NCBI GenBank assembly: GCA_040767085.1
Contig: JAXGPF010000005.1
Coordinates: forward strand, 64,001-128,000
Reading direction: 5' to 3'
DNA from: Kiritimatiellia bacterium
GTDB taxonomy: Bacteria; Verrucomicrobiota; Kiritimatiellia; JAAZAB01
DNA: 64,000 nt
Shown: positions 31,052 to 41,475 of the stretch, one piece after another
Numbering within the stretch: the first letter of the stretch is position 1
Layout of the letters: the number at the start of each line of letters is the position of its first letter
Made by a program: the position numbers and the translations under genes
The notes under the pieces: generated by a model
Seen by the model: the letters and a program-made list of their open reading frames with translations, nothing else
The model's database searches: none
Told to the model about the DNA's origin: nothing

Positions 31052-32638
31052 TCATTCCAGGCGTTCCGTTGCGGGAATTTTCAGGTACACAACGGCGCAA
31101 TGCCCGAGAAATCCCGCATCGAGTTCCGGCGCCGGCTGCCGGAAGGCGCCATTCCAGACCATGAACAGCCCCTCCCCGGCTGCGTCCATGGCCACCGAGC
31201 AGGAACCGGCGGGAATGTATCCGTACCGGGCATGATAATACGGATAAAGGAACGCCAGCACCTTGCGCGCGCCGGTGCGGGTATCGTATTGGACCACCGG
31301 CGCGCCTTCCTGGAATGACATGGCGTTGTAATACAAGTAGCGCCCGCGGGGACTGCGGACCATGGCGGCCGCGAAGCCACGCCCGCCGGCGCCGCCGCGC
31401 CAATGCCATCCGCGCGGCATAATTTCACGGCGCGCGGGATCAAACGAAAACATTGTCCCGGACTCGGTGACGCCCCAGAACAGGCCGTCCGGACCCCGTG
31501 CGCGGGTATGGCCCGCCAGGCGATCGCATGTCCCGGCCGCCGGGTTGGACGGCATATGGCAATCGAGCAGGGAAAATTTTTTCGCGGCGTTATCGTAACA
31601 AATCATGCGCCGCCGCGGGTCGCCTGGATCTTCATTGGAAGTGAACACGCAGCCGGAATCCTGATCCACCAGCATAGCGCGATGATTCCAGCGCATGCCG
31701 GCAGGCAGGCAGCCCGCCCACTCCGCGCGCTGGCGGCGGATGTTCCAGGCCAGGAATTCGCCGCGGTCACCGGCGGCGTACAGCATGCCCCGCCCGGCAT
31801 CCAAGCCGTTGACCGCCCAGGCGGCGCGCGGCAGCGGCACGCCATACTCCACCAGCAGGTTGTCCGCCGGATCGTAGCTGGCAATGCGGCCGCCCTCCCA
31901 GCCACCATCAAAACCGGGGGCAGATGGCACGGAACTTTCAGGCCGGCCAGTGCAGAACCAGATATGCGGGCGCGGCCAATCCGGGCTGCGATACCAGTTT
32001 AACCAGCCCCCCACCATGCCGTCGCCGTATGCGCCGGCGCCGCGTCCGATGGAGCAATTGAACTCGACCGGGCATTCCAAACGCCGGGCTCGCGGATCGA
32101 AACCCACCAGGTAGAGATGCGCGCCGCAGGCGCCATGGTCGCCCACAGCCGAATAAAACATCTGGGATCCCGGATCATACAGCGACTGGCAGTAATTACC
32201 CCACCAGCCGGTATGGTACTGGTTATGATAGACGCGCGGCCAGCGCGGGGCGGCCGGGACCACGGCAAATGCAATCTCCGGCGCGGTGCGCGCCAGTATA
32301 AAATCGCGGCCGGCAGATTCCGCCAGATGCGCCGGAACTGTCAGCAGGTCCGGCGCGCAATCCGCCACCACCCGCCCGGAATACAACAAGCGGTGGACAT
32401 CCAGGCTTTCCGCCACCGCCTTGCGGGACAAGGCTTCTACACAAGGCCGCTCCGGCGCCGGCGGCGGCATGCGCCCGGCATAAACCGCGCCGAAAGCGCC
32501 CACCCGGCCGCCAGGCTGCAGCCCGGAATCGAGCGGCTCTTCCGTCAGCATCCGGCAGCCGGCGCCGATCAGGCAGGCTGCCGCCAGACCGGCCCAAAGC
32601 GGATTTAACCATTGGCGCATCAGCCGCGTCTCTTTCAT
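31052..32638 (-). CDS. Hypothetical lipoprotein, probable beta-propeller
   Basis: Lipobox-like IGAGC; repeated YDP/FDP blade-like motifs. Confidence 0.6.
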   Translation of the reverse strand: MKETRLMRQWLNPLWAGLAAACLIGAGCRMLTEEPLDSGLQPGGRVGAFGAVYAGRMPPPAPERPCVEALSRKAVAESLDVHRLLYSGRVVADCAPDLLTVPAHLAESAGRDFILARTAPEIAFAVVPAAPRWPRVYHNQYHTGWWGNYCQSLYDPGSQMFYSAVGDHGACGAHLYLVGFDPRARRLECPVEFNCSIGRGAGAYGDGMVGGWLNWYRSPDWPRPHIWFCTGRPESSVPSAPGFDGGWEGGRIASYDPADNLLVEYGVPLPRAAWAVNGLDAGRGMLYAAGDRGEFLAWNIRRQRAEWAGCLPAGMRWNHRAMLVDQDSGCVFTSNEDPGDPRRRMICYDNAAKKFSLLDCHMPSNPAAGTCDRLAGHTRARGPDGLFWGVTESGTMFSFDPARREIMPRGWHWRGGAGGRGFAAAMVRSPRGRYLYYNAMSFQEGAPVVQYDTRTGARKVLAFLYPYYHARYGYIPAGSCSVAMDAAGEGLFMVWNGAFRQPAPELDAGFLGHCAVVYLKIPATERLE

Positions 32639-33525
32639 TAGTGCCTGGGACGGGCGCGCCGCATGGCGCGGCAGATTTCGTCCTGGATGTCGGACATGCT
32701 GTGCAGCAGGTTATCCGGCTCGGGCACCGGCGCTACCGCGCCGCGGTGGCTGTCCCAGTCCACCGCGCCGTAACGCGCGGGCGCCTTGGCAGAGGCCCTG
32801 CCGCGCCAATAAACCTCATAAACATCGCCCTGGCTGTAATGCCAGAATTCGAAGGGATAGGCCACAAAACCATGCCGGTCCATGATTTCCGTAATGGCCT
32901 GGCGGTTGCGCCGGGCCGCCGCACTGACAAACGGCGAGGCCATCGGCGTCAATTCGGACATTTCCAGATATGGCCCACCGCGGTCCACTTCCGCGCCCGT
33001 AGCTGCTTCCCGCACGGAGATGTCCAGTGCGCTGCCGGACATGTGTGTCCCGATTTTCGGACGGGTGGCGACCAACGCTGTCACCCGGCGGAGCATCAGG
33101 TCGGTATCGGGCGTGCCGCCGCCAAGTTCCCAGACCGTTTTGCGGTAAATGGCGTCGAAAATCGTCGGGATATGCACCAGCGCGCGCTGCATGGCCGTCG
33201 AGCGATACCCATCCTCAATCCGCAATATCCAACCGCGGCGGCTCATTTCCTCCGCGGCGGCCAGCAGGCGCGGCATCAGGCCGGCGCGCAGCCGGAAAAT
33301 CCGCGCCAAACCCGGCGCCAGCGGCGTCTGTGAAAATTCCAGCCGCACCCCGGCGGCGGCCGCCGCCGCGCGCAAATCCTCCAGCGGCTCCAGGCAATCC
33401 TGCACGGGCAGCGTCCGGCAGACTTCCATCATCGCCATGGCCGCTTCCATTTGATCCCGCCAATAAACGCGAGCATCCGGCGCGCATTCGCGCGCCGGCC
33501 CGCCGACATCATGTTGTGTCTGCAT
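32638..33525 (-). CDS. D-Ala-D-Ala dipeptidase (peptidase M15D, VanX/DdpX-like)
   Basis: EDGYR, THMSGSALD, EFWHY zinc motifs; GAGGAG RBS. Confidence 0.85.
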   Translation of the reverse strand: MQTQHDVGGPARECAPDARVYWRDQMEAAMAMMEVCRTLPVQDCLEPLEDLRAAAAAAGVRLEFSQTPLAPGLARIFRLRAGLMPRLLAAAEEMSRRGWILRIEDGYRSTAMQRALVHIPTIFDAIYRKTVWELGGGTPDTDLMLRRVTALVATRPKIGTHMSGSALDISVREAATGAEVDRGGPYLEMSELTPMASPFVSAAARRNRQAITEIMDRHGFVAYPFEFWHYSQGDVYEVYWRGRASAKAPARYGAVDWDSHRGAVAPVPEPDNLLHSMSDIQDEICRAMRRARPRH

Positions 33526-33610
33526 AGCTCCTCGTTGATATGCCTGTTTACAAGTCAAATTTCCGATTGTAACATGTTGCAAGATGGTATATTTTAAAAA
33601 CTCTTTGTCA

Positions 33611-34657
33611 ATGCAATCCTTGAGTGCCGCCTTGAACAACCTTCAATTATTTCGGCCGCCGATTTGCCGGGGATGGCTTCCCGCTTCTTTACAGCTTGGT
33701 TTGATGATGGTAGTTCTGCTGAACTCCGGCTGCCGCCCGCCGTCCAAAACCTGCGCTCTGCCGCCGCCCTCCGCTCTGGAAGGATCGCGCGCCCTGGACG
33801 AAACAGAACGTTTCGTCGCGCTGGGTCCGCGCGTCTCCGGCACGGCCGGTGCGGAAAAAGCCGCCTTGTACCTGCGGCAGCGCCTGCAAGAAATGGGCAT
33901 TGAGACGGAAGTGGATGCCTTCCGCGATCCGGCCCCCGGCGGCCCGGTCGTCTTCCGCAACGTGCTGGGGCGCCTCCCCGGCGCCAGCACGAACTGGGTG
34001 GTGCTGGTTTCGCATTACGACACCAAGCACGGCATCGGACCGGCCTTCGCCGGCGCCAACGATTCCGGGTCCAGCACCGGCCTGCTCCTGGAACTGGGAC
34101 GCCAACTACAGATGGGATGCCAACCGCCGTTGGGATGCCAACCGCCGTTGGGACGCCAACCGCCGGCCGCGCCGGCGCGGCCGGCCAATATCCTGCTGGC
34201 GTTTCTGGACGGCGAGGAATGCCGGGTGCAATACGGGCCGAACGACGGATTGCACGGCAGCCGGCGCCTGGCGCACACTTTGGTCAAAGACGGCCGGGCC
34301 AAAGCCACCTGCGCGGTGATAGTGATTGACATGATCGGCGATCGCAGCCTGACGCTGACCATCCCGCGCAATATCACGCCGGCCTTGGGCAGCCTGGCCA
34401 TGCGCGCCGCAGCCGCGGAAAACGCGCGCCACCTGTGCCGCCTCTTGCCGACCTCCATCCTGGATGACCACCAGCCATTTCTTGACGTCGGCATCCCGGC
34501 CGTGTTATTAATCGATTTCGAATACGGATCGGCGCCTGGCGCCAACGATTACTGGCATACTCCCGCCGATACGCTCGATAAACTCAGCGCCGCAAGCCTG
34601 CAAACTGTCGGCCGCATTGTGCTGCGCATGCTGCACGGAGTCATGTTATGCGAATGA
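33611..34657 (+). CDS. M28 family metallopeptidase / glutaminyl cyclase-like lipoprotein
   Basis: SHYDTK, GANDSGS, DGEE, DMIGD, DDHQPF, WHTPAD; lipobox-like LNSGC; start uncertain. Confidence 0.85.
   Translation: MQSLSAALNNLQLFRPPICRGWLPASLQLGLMMVVLLNSGCRPPSKTCALPPPSALEGSRALDETERFVALGPRVSGTAGAEKAALYLRQRLQEMGIETEVDAFRDPAPGGPVVFRNVLGRLPGASTNWVVLVSHYDTKHGIGPAFAGANDSGSSTGLLLELGRQLQMGCQPPLGCQPPLGRQPPAAPARPANILLAFLDGEECRVQYGPNDGLHGSRRLAHTLVKDGRAKATCAVIVIDMIGDRSLTLTIPRNITPALGSLAMRAAAAENARHLCRLLPTSILDDHQPFLDVGIPAVLLIDFEYGSAPGANDYWHTPADTLDKLSAASLQTVGRIVLRMLHGVMLCE
34095..34166 (+). repeat. In-frame 18-bp tandem repeat, about 4 units
   Basis: TGGGAYGCCAACCGCCGT units encoding LGRQLQ-MGCQPP-LGCQPP-LGRQPP. 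Confidence 0.85.
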
Positions 34658-35439
34658 ATGAAATTAATGTAAAGTCATCGCTGGATGGCTCAAGTCAGCC
34701 GTCCCTGTTTGAATTTCCCGCCGGGATTGAAAACGCGCCGCTGCTGGTGGGGCTCCACACCTGGAGCTTCGACCGGTTCAACCAGGTGGATAAAATGCTG
34801 CCCTTGTGCCGGGAGCGCGGCTGGGCGCTCCTGCTGCCGGAATTTCGCGGCCCCAACACCGCCGCCAATCCGCGCGCGCGGGAAGCTTGCGCCTCGCGCC
34901 TGGCGCGCCAGGATGTGCTGGACGCCGTGGAACATGTTGCCGCCGCTTACCCGGTTGACCGCAGCCGGATCATGGCGCTGGGCGGGAGCGGCGGCGGGCA
35001 CATGGCGCTGATGATGGCCGCTTGCGCGCCCCGCCTGTGGCGCGCGGTCAGCGCCTGGGTGCCGATTACCGACCTGGCGGCATGGCTGGAAGCCAAAGGC
35101 ACGGAGTCAACCTACGGCAAAGGGATCATGGCCTGCTGCGGCGGCGTGCCCGGCGACAGCCCGGCCATCGCCGCCGAATACCGCGAGCGGTCACCGATCA
35201 CGCATGTCCAGGCGCTCCGCGAGGCAACCCTGTCAGTCCACCACGGCCGGTATGACCGCAGCGTGCCCTATACGCATACATTCAACCTGGCGCTGGCCAT
35301 GGAAAAAGCCGGCGCACCGCATTTTTTCTTCGAAATTTTCGATGGCGCCCATGAATTGCGGTATGATACCGCCTTCCGCTGGCTGGAAAAAACTTTGGCG
35401 GATTCCGCCGGGCAGCCGTCCGGCAAACTTACCGGATAA
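34648..35439 (+). CDS. Alpha/beta hydrolase, S9 peptidase-like
   Basis: GGSGGG nucleophile elbow, HGRYDRSVP, FDGAHE. Confidence 0.85.
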   Translation: MRMNEINVKSSLDGSSQPSLFEFPAGIENAPLLVGLHTWSFDRFNQVDKMLPLCRERGWALLLPEFRGPNTAANPRAREACASRLARQDVLDAVEHVAAAYPVDRSRIMALGGSGGGHMALMMAACAPRLWRAVSAWVPITDLAAWLEAKGTESTYGKGIMACCGGVPGDSPAIAAEYRERSPITHVQALREATLSVHHGRYDRSVPYTHTFNLALAMEKAGAPHFFFEIFDGAHELRYDTAFRWLEKTLADSAGQPSGKLTG

Positions 35440-35466
35440 TTAACGAAAAATATCACAAAAATATCC

Positions 35467-35495
35467 TTGTCATCCCCGTTTCAATAGTTTACATT
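35467..35495 (+). promoter_or_regulatory. sigma70-type promoter
   Basis: TTGTCA-17 bp-TACATT upstream of an AGGAG RBS. Confidence 0.55.
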
Positions 35496-35550
35496 GCTGT
35501 TAATGAATTTTTCGCAAAATCGCAAATCGAAAACGCAGGAGATATTGAAC

Positions 35551-36192
35551 ATGAAAAAAACATGGCGGCGGATTTCATTGCGGGCGTTTACATTGGTGGA
35601 ATTGCTGGTGGTGATCGCCATTATCGCCTTGCTGGCCGGGTTGCTGCTGCCGAACCTGGCATCCGTGCGTGAAAAAGCGCGGCGCGTCAACTGCCTCTCC
35701 AACCAGAACGGTTTGTTCAAGGCTATTTCCGCCTGGGGATTGAATCCCGCCGACTCTTTCCGGCCGTCCTTCCCCCGCACTAATATTGCCGCAGCGCTCT
35801 CGATCGAAGGCGGCGGCATCACGCCGGAAATGTTCATTTGCCCCACCGCTGCCGGTGAATACGGCACCAAGCCGGCTGTCACCCTGAGCAATGTGGTGGA
35901 TACCAACAGCAATTATAATTACTGGATGTACCGTACCGACAGGGATGGTGACAAGGTGATCATCTGCGACCAGCACGGTCCTCTGACCAACGGCCTGCCT
36001 GGTCAATGGGGCGGCAACCACCTGTTCGAAGGCGGCAACGTCGTCAAGGTGGGCGGCAATGGTCTGTGGGTGGACTCCACTAACACCGCCGCCGGGCGCG
36101 CTGCTCCAAACTGTATCACCAACACCATCGTTTCCAATGCCTTCTCACTGCCTGAAGGCAAGTTGGAAAAAGATTGTATCACTCTTTTCTAA
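35551..36192 (+). CDS. Prepilin-type N-terminal cleavage/methylation domain protein
   Basis: [23 protein letters not shown]...[12 protein letters not shown]. Confidence 0.9.
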   Translation: MKKTWRRISLRAFTLVELLVVIAIIALLAGLLLPNLASVREKARRVNCLSNQNGLFKAISAWGLNPADSFRPSFPRTNIAAALSIEGGGITPEMFICPTAAGEYGTKPAVTLSNVVDTNSNYNYWMYRTDRDGDKVIICDQHGPLTNGLPGQWGGNHLFEGGNVVKVGGNGLWVDSTNTAAGRAAPNCITNTIVSNAFSLPEGKLEKDCITLF

Positions 36193-36205
36193 AGCGTCGG
36201 CGGAG

Positions 36206-36253
36206 AACAGCTCCCAATACACCCCCGCGGTCTGTTGGGAGCTGTTTTTGTTT
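36206..36253 (+). terminator. Probable intrinsic terminator
   Basis: AACAGCTCCCAA / TTGGGAGCTGTT stem followed by TTTGTTT. Confidence 0.6.
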
Positions 36254-36267
36254 GAACCAAATCTTCC

Positions 36268-37305
36268 ATGCGCATTCTGATCACCGGCGGCAGCGGCTTT
36301 CTGGGCATTAATCTGGTCCGGCATCTTCTGGCAAAGCAAGCCGGCGAAATCGTCGTGCTGGATGTAGCGGACTTTGATTATCCTGAACGCGGCCAGGTCA
36401 GTTTTATCCGGGGCGACATCCGCGATGAAGCAACCGTCCGGCGCGCCATGGACGGCTGCGGCTGGGTCGTGCATACCGCCGCCGCCCTGCCCCTGTATCC
36501 GCGCGACGAAATCCTGAGCATTGAAGTGGAAGGTACGCGCTGCCTGCTGCAGGCGGCGCAGGCGGCACAGGTCCAGCGTTTCGTGCATATTTCGTCCACC
36601 GCCGTCTACGGCATTCCCGATCATCACCCGCTGGTGGAAGACGACAAACTGGAGGGCGTCGGCCCCTATGGCGAAGCCAAGATTCTGGCCGAGCAAGCCT
36701 GCCGGGAATCCCGCCGCCAGGGCCTGTGCGTTCCTATCCTCCGCCCGAAATCGTTCATCGGACCGGAACGCCTGGGTGTGTTTGCCATTTTTTACGAATG
36801 GGCGCGCGAAGGCCGCCATTTCCCCATGATCGGCAGCGGTCGCAATCGCTACCAGTTGCTGGATGTCGAGGATTTATGCGATGCCATCTACCTGTGTTTG
36901 ACTCTCGATGCCGCCGCGGTCAACGACACCTTCAACATCGGCGCAGCGGAATTCGCCACCATGCGCGAGGATTACCAAGCCGTGCTGGACGAGGCCGGAT
37001 TCGGCCGGCGCATCATCGGGTTCCCCGCCGCGCCCGCCATCTGGGGACTGCGCCTGCTGGAATGGCTGCGCCTGTCGCCGCTTTACAAATGGGTGTATGA
37101 GACCGCGGGCAAGGATTCGTTCGTCAGCATCGACAAGGCGCGCCAAAAACTGGGATTTCAACCGCGCCATTCCAACCGCGACGCACTGGTGCGCAATTAC
37201 CGCTGGTACCTTGAGCATTACGACAGTTTCCGCAACCAGACCGGTATTTCGCACCGCGTGCCATGGAAACAAAGCGCGTTGAAATTAATCAAACATTTTT
37301 TCTGA
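36268..37305 (+). CDS. NAD-dependent epimerase/dehydratase
   Basis: GGSGFLG, SSTAVYG, YGEAK. Confidence 0.9.
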   Translation: MRILITGGSGFLGINLVRHLLAKQAGEIVVLDVADFDYPERGQVSFIRGDIRDEATVRRAMDGCGWVVHTAAALPLYPRDEILSIEVEGTRCLLQAAQAAQVQRFVHISSTAVYGIPDHHPLVEDDKLEGVGPYGEAKILAEQACRESRRQGLCVPILRPKSFIGPERLGVFAIFYEWAREGRHFPMIGSGRNRYQLLDVEDLCDAIYLCLTLDAAAVNDTFNIGAAEFATMREDYQAVLDEAGFGRRIIGFPAAPAIWGLRLLEWLRLSPLYKWVYETAGKDSFVSIDKARQKLGFQPRHSNRDALVRNYRWYLEHYDSFRNQTGISHRVPWKQSALKLIKHFF

Positions 37306-37325
37306 ACAAATGAAAGGAGCAAGTC

Positions 37326-38357
37326 ATGGCCGGTAAATTCCGTTTTTCGTTTGGACCCTGGAACATTCATGAAGGCGCCGACCCGTTCGGCCCGACCGTA
37401 CGCAAATCCCTGCCTTTCGCCAAAAAACTGTCGCTTTACAAGAAACTCGGATTCGATGGCGTCCAATTTCACGACGACGACGCCGTGCCGGACATGAACG
37501 ACCTGACCCCGGCGCAAATCGTCAAGCGCGCCGGCCGGGTGCGGCAACTTCTGCGCCAGGCGGGCCTGAAGGCGGAGTTCGTCGCCCCGCGCCTCTGGGA
37601 AGACCCGCGCACGATTGACGGCGGTTATACCTCCAACGATCCCAAGTGCCGCAAATACTCCCTGGAACGCAGCCGCCGCGCCATTGATATCGCCAAGGCA
37701 TTGGATACCCGGCTGATCGTCCTCTGGCTGGCGCGCGAAGGGACATATATCCGCGAAGCCAAAGACAGCCGCGTGTCCGTTGGCCGGCTCGTGGAAGCCG
37801 TAAACGACATGCTGGCTTACGATCCGGATATCCGCATCGCCATCGAACCCAAGCCGAATGAGCCGATGGACCATACATACATCCCCACCACCGGCCATGC
37901 CATCGCCCTGGCCGCCATGTGCAGTGATCCGTCGCGCGTGGGCGTGAATATCGAAAGCGCGCATGCCATCCTGGCCGGGCTGGACCCCTCGGATGAAATG
38001 GGCTTTGCCCTGGCCGCCGACAAACTCTGGACCGTGCATCTGAACGATCAGAACGGCCTGAAATTTGACCAGGACAAGTCCTTCGGCTCCGCGGATTTGC
38101 GCCGCGCCTTCAACCAGGTGCGCATTTTGGACCGTTACAATTATGGGAAGCAGGGCGAGTACGTCGGCCTGGACGTCAAGGCCATGCGCACCCAGAAATT
38201 CCCGGCCGCCGAACACCTGGTCAACAGCCGGAAAATCTTCCTGAGACTCCTGGAAATCAGCCGCGGTCTGAACGAAAAACGCATCCAAGCCCTGATCGCC
38301 CAACGCGATTACGAAGCGCTGGATTTTTACATCCTGACCCAGCTCACCGGGGGATAA
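37326..38357 (+). CDS. Xylose isomerase-like TIM-barrel protein
   Basis: FHDDD, WLAREG, EPKPNEP, ESAH, HLNDQ, FDQD metal-binding motifs. Confidence 0.85.
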   Translation: MAGKFRFSFGPWNIHEGADPFGPTVRKSLPFAKKLSLYKKLGFDGVQFHDDDAVPDMNDLTPAQIVKRAGRVRQLLRQAGLKAEFVAPRLWEDPRTIDGGYTSNDPKCRKYSLERSRRAIDIAKALDTRLIVLWLAREGTYIREAKDSRVSVGRLVEAVNDMLAYDPDIRIAIEPKPNEPMDHTYIPTTGHAIALAAMCSDPSRVGVNIESAHAILAGLDPSDEMGFALAADKLWTVHLNDQNGLKFDQDKSFGSADLRRAFNQVRILDRYNYGKQGEYVGLDVKAMRTQKFPAAEHLVNSRKIFLRLLEISRGLNEKRIQALIAQRDYEALDFYILTQLTGG

Positions 38358-38366
38358 ATTCATCGT

Positions 38367-38540
38367 CTCCGGCTGTAGTAGCCGCACGGTGTGCGGCATG
38401 CCGGCTCCGGCTGTAGTAGCCGCACTGTGTGCGGCATGCCGGAGCGCAACGCAGTTGCGCCACTACAGTCCGGAACGTTCTGCTGTAGCGGTCCGGCTTT
38501 GCCGGACTTCCCGATTCCGCAACGCAGTTGCGCCGCTACA
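38367..38540. repeat. GTAG-family REP-like palindromic repeat cluster
   Basis: 38-bp tandem pair (38367-38404, 38405-38442, one mismatch) of TGTAG+hairpin; inverted partners CGCAACGCAGTTGCGCCRCTACA ending at 38467 and 38540; another TGTAG+hairpin at 38484. Confidence 0.75.
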
Positions 38541-38583
38541 TAATAATTCAGCAAAGCGAAATCCCTTACTATACCCCGGTGAC

Positions 38584-40986
38584 ATGCCGTTAAAGTTGCC
38601 TTGTATTGCGTTATTCCTGGCCGTGCTGACGGCCTGCGCCGCTCGCGGGGAGGCGCCGGCGCTCAGCCTTGAACCCAACCCGGCGGCGGCGGCCCGGTAT
38701 TGGCGGCCGGGCCCGGACACCCCGGTTGCCGCCGCCGCCAGCGATGACGCCAGCCTGTTGCTGCCCTGCCCGTTCCGGCGGGGGATGGATCGTGTTTTCT
38801 GGGACCGTGCCGCTGATTTCAACCTGGCCCATTACCCCGCGTTGGAACTGGAAATCAGTTGTCCGCATCCCGCGGCCCTGCGCCGCATCGGCCTATATTT
38901 AAAAAGCGGCAATGGCTGGTACGTCTGGCTGAAGCCTTTGCCCGGGCCCGGCCGGCAGAAATTATTCCTGGCGCAGCGGGAAGCCGGCACGGAAGGCCGG
39001 CCGGCCGGCTGGCATCGGATTGACGGCATACGTCTCAGCGTTATGCCGGCCTCCGCAGTGGATACTGCCCTGACCCTGCATGCGCTGAATGCCCGACGGC
39101 CGGCGCTGGCCGTGGTGCGCGGCACAAGTTCCTGTCCGAACCAGGCCGAACGCAACGCCGCCCACAGCGCCGCCCGCCGCATCGGCCGCTGGCTGGAAGA
39201 ACTGCATTTATCTTTCTCCCTGCTGGATGATGAAGATGTCATGGCTGGACGCCTGTCCGGCGCGCGCCTGGCGATTTTGCCGTACAATCCGCATCCGCCG
39301 CGCCGGCAAATTCAAGCCCTGCAAAATTTTGCAAACCAGGGCGGAAAATTGATGGTGTTTTACAGCGCGGAACCGCAATTGGCAGAAATACTGGGCTTGC
39401 GCCTGGGCGAATACCAGCGTGCCCGCCAGCCCGGCCAATGGAGCGCCTTCGCTTTTAACCGGGAGGCGCCGCCCGATGTTCCCGCGCTGGTCTTTCAGGA
39501 TTCCAGCAATATCCGCCCCGTTTTCGCGGCTGGCCGGCAGGCCAAGGTTATCGCCTATTGGCGGAATGCCGCTGGGAAAACGGGCGCTGATCCGGCCTGG
39601 GCGCTGACTGACCGGGGTTGCTGGATGTCCCACATTTTGCTGAACGGCGATGATGAAAACAAAAAACTGCTTCTGCTGGCGCTGGCGGGCCGCTATGAAA
39701 AATCGGTTTGGAGAGAAGCAGCCCTGGCCGCCTTTGCCAATGCCGGACGCATCGCCAGCTTTTCCAGCCTGCCCGCCGCCCAGGCGGGCATTGCCAGCCT
39801 GGCGGCCGCCAACCACCGGAGGGAACTGGCCCGGCCGGCGCTCGATCAGGCAAGCAATTATTACCGGCAGCTACGCAGCCGGATGGCCGATCGGGACTAT
39901 CCGGAAGCCTTCCGGGAAAGTCGGCGTTTGCAGCGCGCCCTGCTGCAGGCCTATGCCGCCGCCCACCCGCCCCGCGCCATGGAATTCCGGGGGGTATGGA
40001 ACCATTCCGGCATGGGCCTTTACCCGGGCGATTGGCCGCGCACGGCCCGGCTTCTGAAGAATTCCGGCATCACCGCGGTCTTCCCGAACTTGTTATGGGC
40101 CGGCGTGGCCCATTATCCCAGCCGGATGGTTCCGCCCTCCGAGATCAGCCGCACGGTCGGCGACCAGCTTCGCCAGGCCGGGAATGCCGCCCGCGACGCG
40201 GGCCTGGAAATGCATCTCTGGAAAGTCTGCTGGAACCTCGGCGCCGCCCCCGCGGAACAAGTCGCGCAATGGCGCCGCGCCGGCCGGCTGCAGCGCGCCG
40301 CGGATGGCGAGGTGCTGCCCTGGCTTTGCCCCAGCCACCCTCGGAATACCGCCCAGGAAATCGACGCTATCCGGGAAGCGGCCGCCACCCGACTGCTGGA
40401 CGGCGTCCACCTGGACTACCTGCGTTACCCGGGCCCGCACGCCTGTTACTGCGATGGCTGCCGGCGGAGCTTCGAACAAGCGCTGGGGCGGGCGGCCGCC
40501 GGCTGGCCGGCCGCAGCGCGCAACGGCCTGCTCGCCGGCCAATTCCAGGAATGGCGTTGCGCCCAGCTCACCGAATTTGTCCGCCGCGTCCGCCAGGCCT
40601 TGCAGGAAGTCGATCCGCGCATCAAACTTTCCGCCGCGGTCTATCAGAGTTATCCCGACTGCCGGCGCAGCGTCGGCCAGGACTGGGGCAGATGGCTGAA
40701 AACGGGGCTGCTGGACTTCGTCGTCCCGATGAATTATACGGAAAACACCGCCGAATTCGGCGGCATCCTGCGGCGGCAATGCGCCTTGCCAGGCGCCTCC
40801 CAGCGGGTTCTTCCGGGGTTGGGCGTGACCGCCGCCGAAAGCCAACTGACGCCCGACCGGGTCCTCGAACAGATCATGCAAACACGCGCCTTGGACTGCG
40901 GCGGTTTCGTGTTATTCGACTTGAACGCCACCCTGGCGGAGGAAATCCTGCCGATTTTGCGGCTGGGACCCACGGCCCGGCCATGA
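38584..40986 (+). CDS. Secreted GHL10/DUF187-type glycoside hydrolase-like protein with N-terminal accessory domains
   Basis: Signal peptide; EFRGVW, WLCPSHP, DGVHLDYLRYP, GQDWGRW, VPMNY. Confidence 0.8.
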   Translation: MPLKLPCIALFLAVLTACAARGEAPALSLEPNPAAAARYWRPGPDTPVAAAASDDASLLLPCPFRRGMDRVFWDRAADFNLAHYPALELEISCPHPAALRRIGLYLKSGNGWYVWLKPLPGPGRQKLFLAQREAGTEGRPAGWHRIDGIRLSVMPASAVDTALTLHALNARRPALAVVRGTSSCPNQAERNAAHSAARRIGRWLEELHLSFSLLDDEDVMAGRLSGARLAILPYNPHPPRRQIQALQNFANQGGKLMVFYSAEPQLAEILGLRLGEYQRARQPGQWSAFAFNREAPPDVPALVFQDSSNIRPVFAAGRQAKVIAYWRNAAGKTGADPAWALTDRGCWMSHILLNGDDENKKLLLLALAGRYEKSVWREAALAAFANAGRIASFSSLPAAQAGIASLAAANHRRELARPALDQASNYYRQLRSRMADRDYPEAFRESRRLQRALLQAYAAAHPPRAMEFRGVWNHSGMGLYPGDWPRTARLLKNSGITAVFPNLLWAGVAHYPSRMVPPSEISRTVGDQLRQAGNAARDAGLEMHLWKVCWNLGAAPAEQVAQWRRAGRLQRAADGEVLPWLCPSHPRNTAQEIDAIREAAATRLLDGVHLDYLRYPGPHACYCDGCRRSFEQALGRAAAGWPAAARNGLLAGQFQEWRCAQLTEFVRRVRQALQEVDPRIKLSAAVYQSYPDCRRSVGQDWGRWLKTGLLDFVVPMNYTENTAEFGGILRRQCALPGASQRVLPGLGVTAAESQLTPDRVLEQIMQTRALDCGGFVLFDLNATLAEEILPILRLGPTARP

Positions 40987-41073
40987 TCGGGCGCGACGGC
41001 CACGCGGCCGATTCCGTTGGAATGCGCGCCTGTTGCCTATTGCGCACTTTTTGCACGTCAGACATAAAACAAT

Positions 41074-41102
41074 TTGCCAAACACGCGGCTTTTGTATATT
41101 AT
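41074..41102 (+). promoter_or_regulatory. Near-consensus sigma70 promoter for the small-protein pair
   Basis: TTGCCA-17 bp-TATTAT; GAAAGGA RBS at 41134-41140. Confidence 0.7.
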
Positions 41103-41146
41103 TCGGCTCAAGAAAAGGTTGTCTTGAACTTGTGAAAGGATAGTAT

Positions 41147-41434
41147 ATGCGCCGAAAATTCGCGGGGATGGTTTTAGCGGGTATTTTGCTGGCAGGCAGT
41201 GCGCCGTGGGCGGGCGCCGTCAATCCCGATCGCGGCGGGGTGATGGGTTTTATCGCCGGGTGCTGCTTCGGCATCCGCGCTGGCGCGGCTTACAACGACG
41301 GCAAGGAAATCCACTGGCGCGAATGGATTGGCCTGATCATTCCGATCGTGCCCATGCTGTGGAATGGCTTTGAGGGCGCCAACGGCATGACCACCAAGGA
41401 TTACCTCGAAAAATACGGCGCAACTTTTTATTAA
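41147..41434 (+). CDS. Small secreted hydrophobic protein A (95 aa, GCCFG motif), unknown family
   Basis: Signal peptide ending AGA; paralog of the next gene; RBS. Confidence 0.88.
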   Translation: MRRKFAGMVLAGILLAGSAPWAGAVNPDRGGVMGFIAGCCFGIRAGAAYNDGKEIHWREWIGLIIPIVPMLWNGFEGANGMTTKDYLEKYGATFY

Positions 41435-41475
41435 TCAACCAGCAGTATCGATCGTTTAACCAGAAGGAGGCAGGC

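Noticed and set aside
32638-33525. VanX as a sign of a vancomycin-resistance cluster
   Set aside because: No vanH/vanA/vanRS nearby; standalone D,D-dipeptidases are common
38367-38540. Possible CRISPR array
   Set aside because: Repeats are adjacent or inverted with no unique spacers, and no cas genes are in the window
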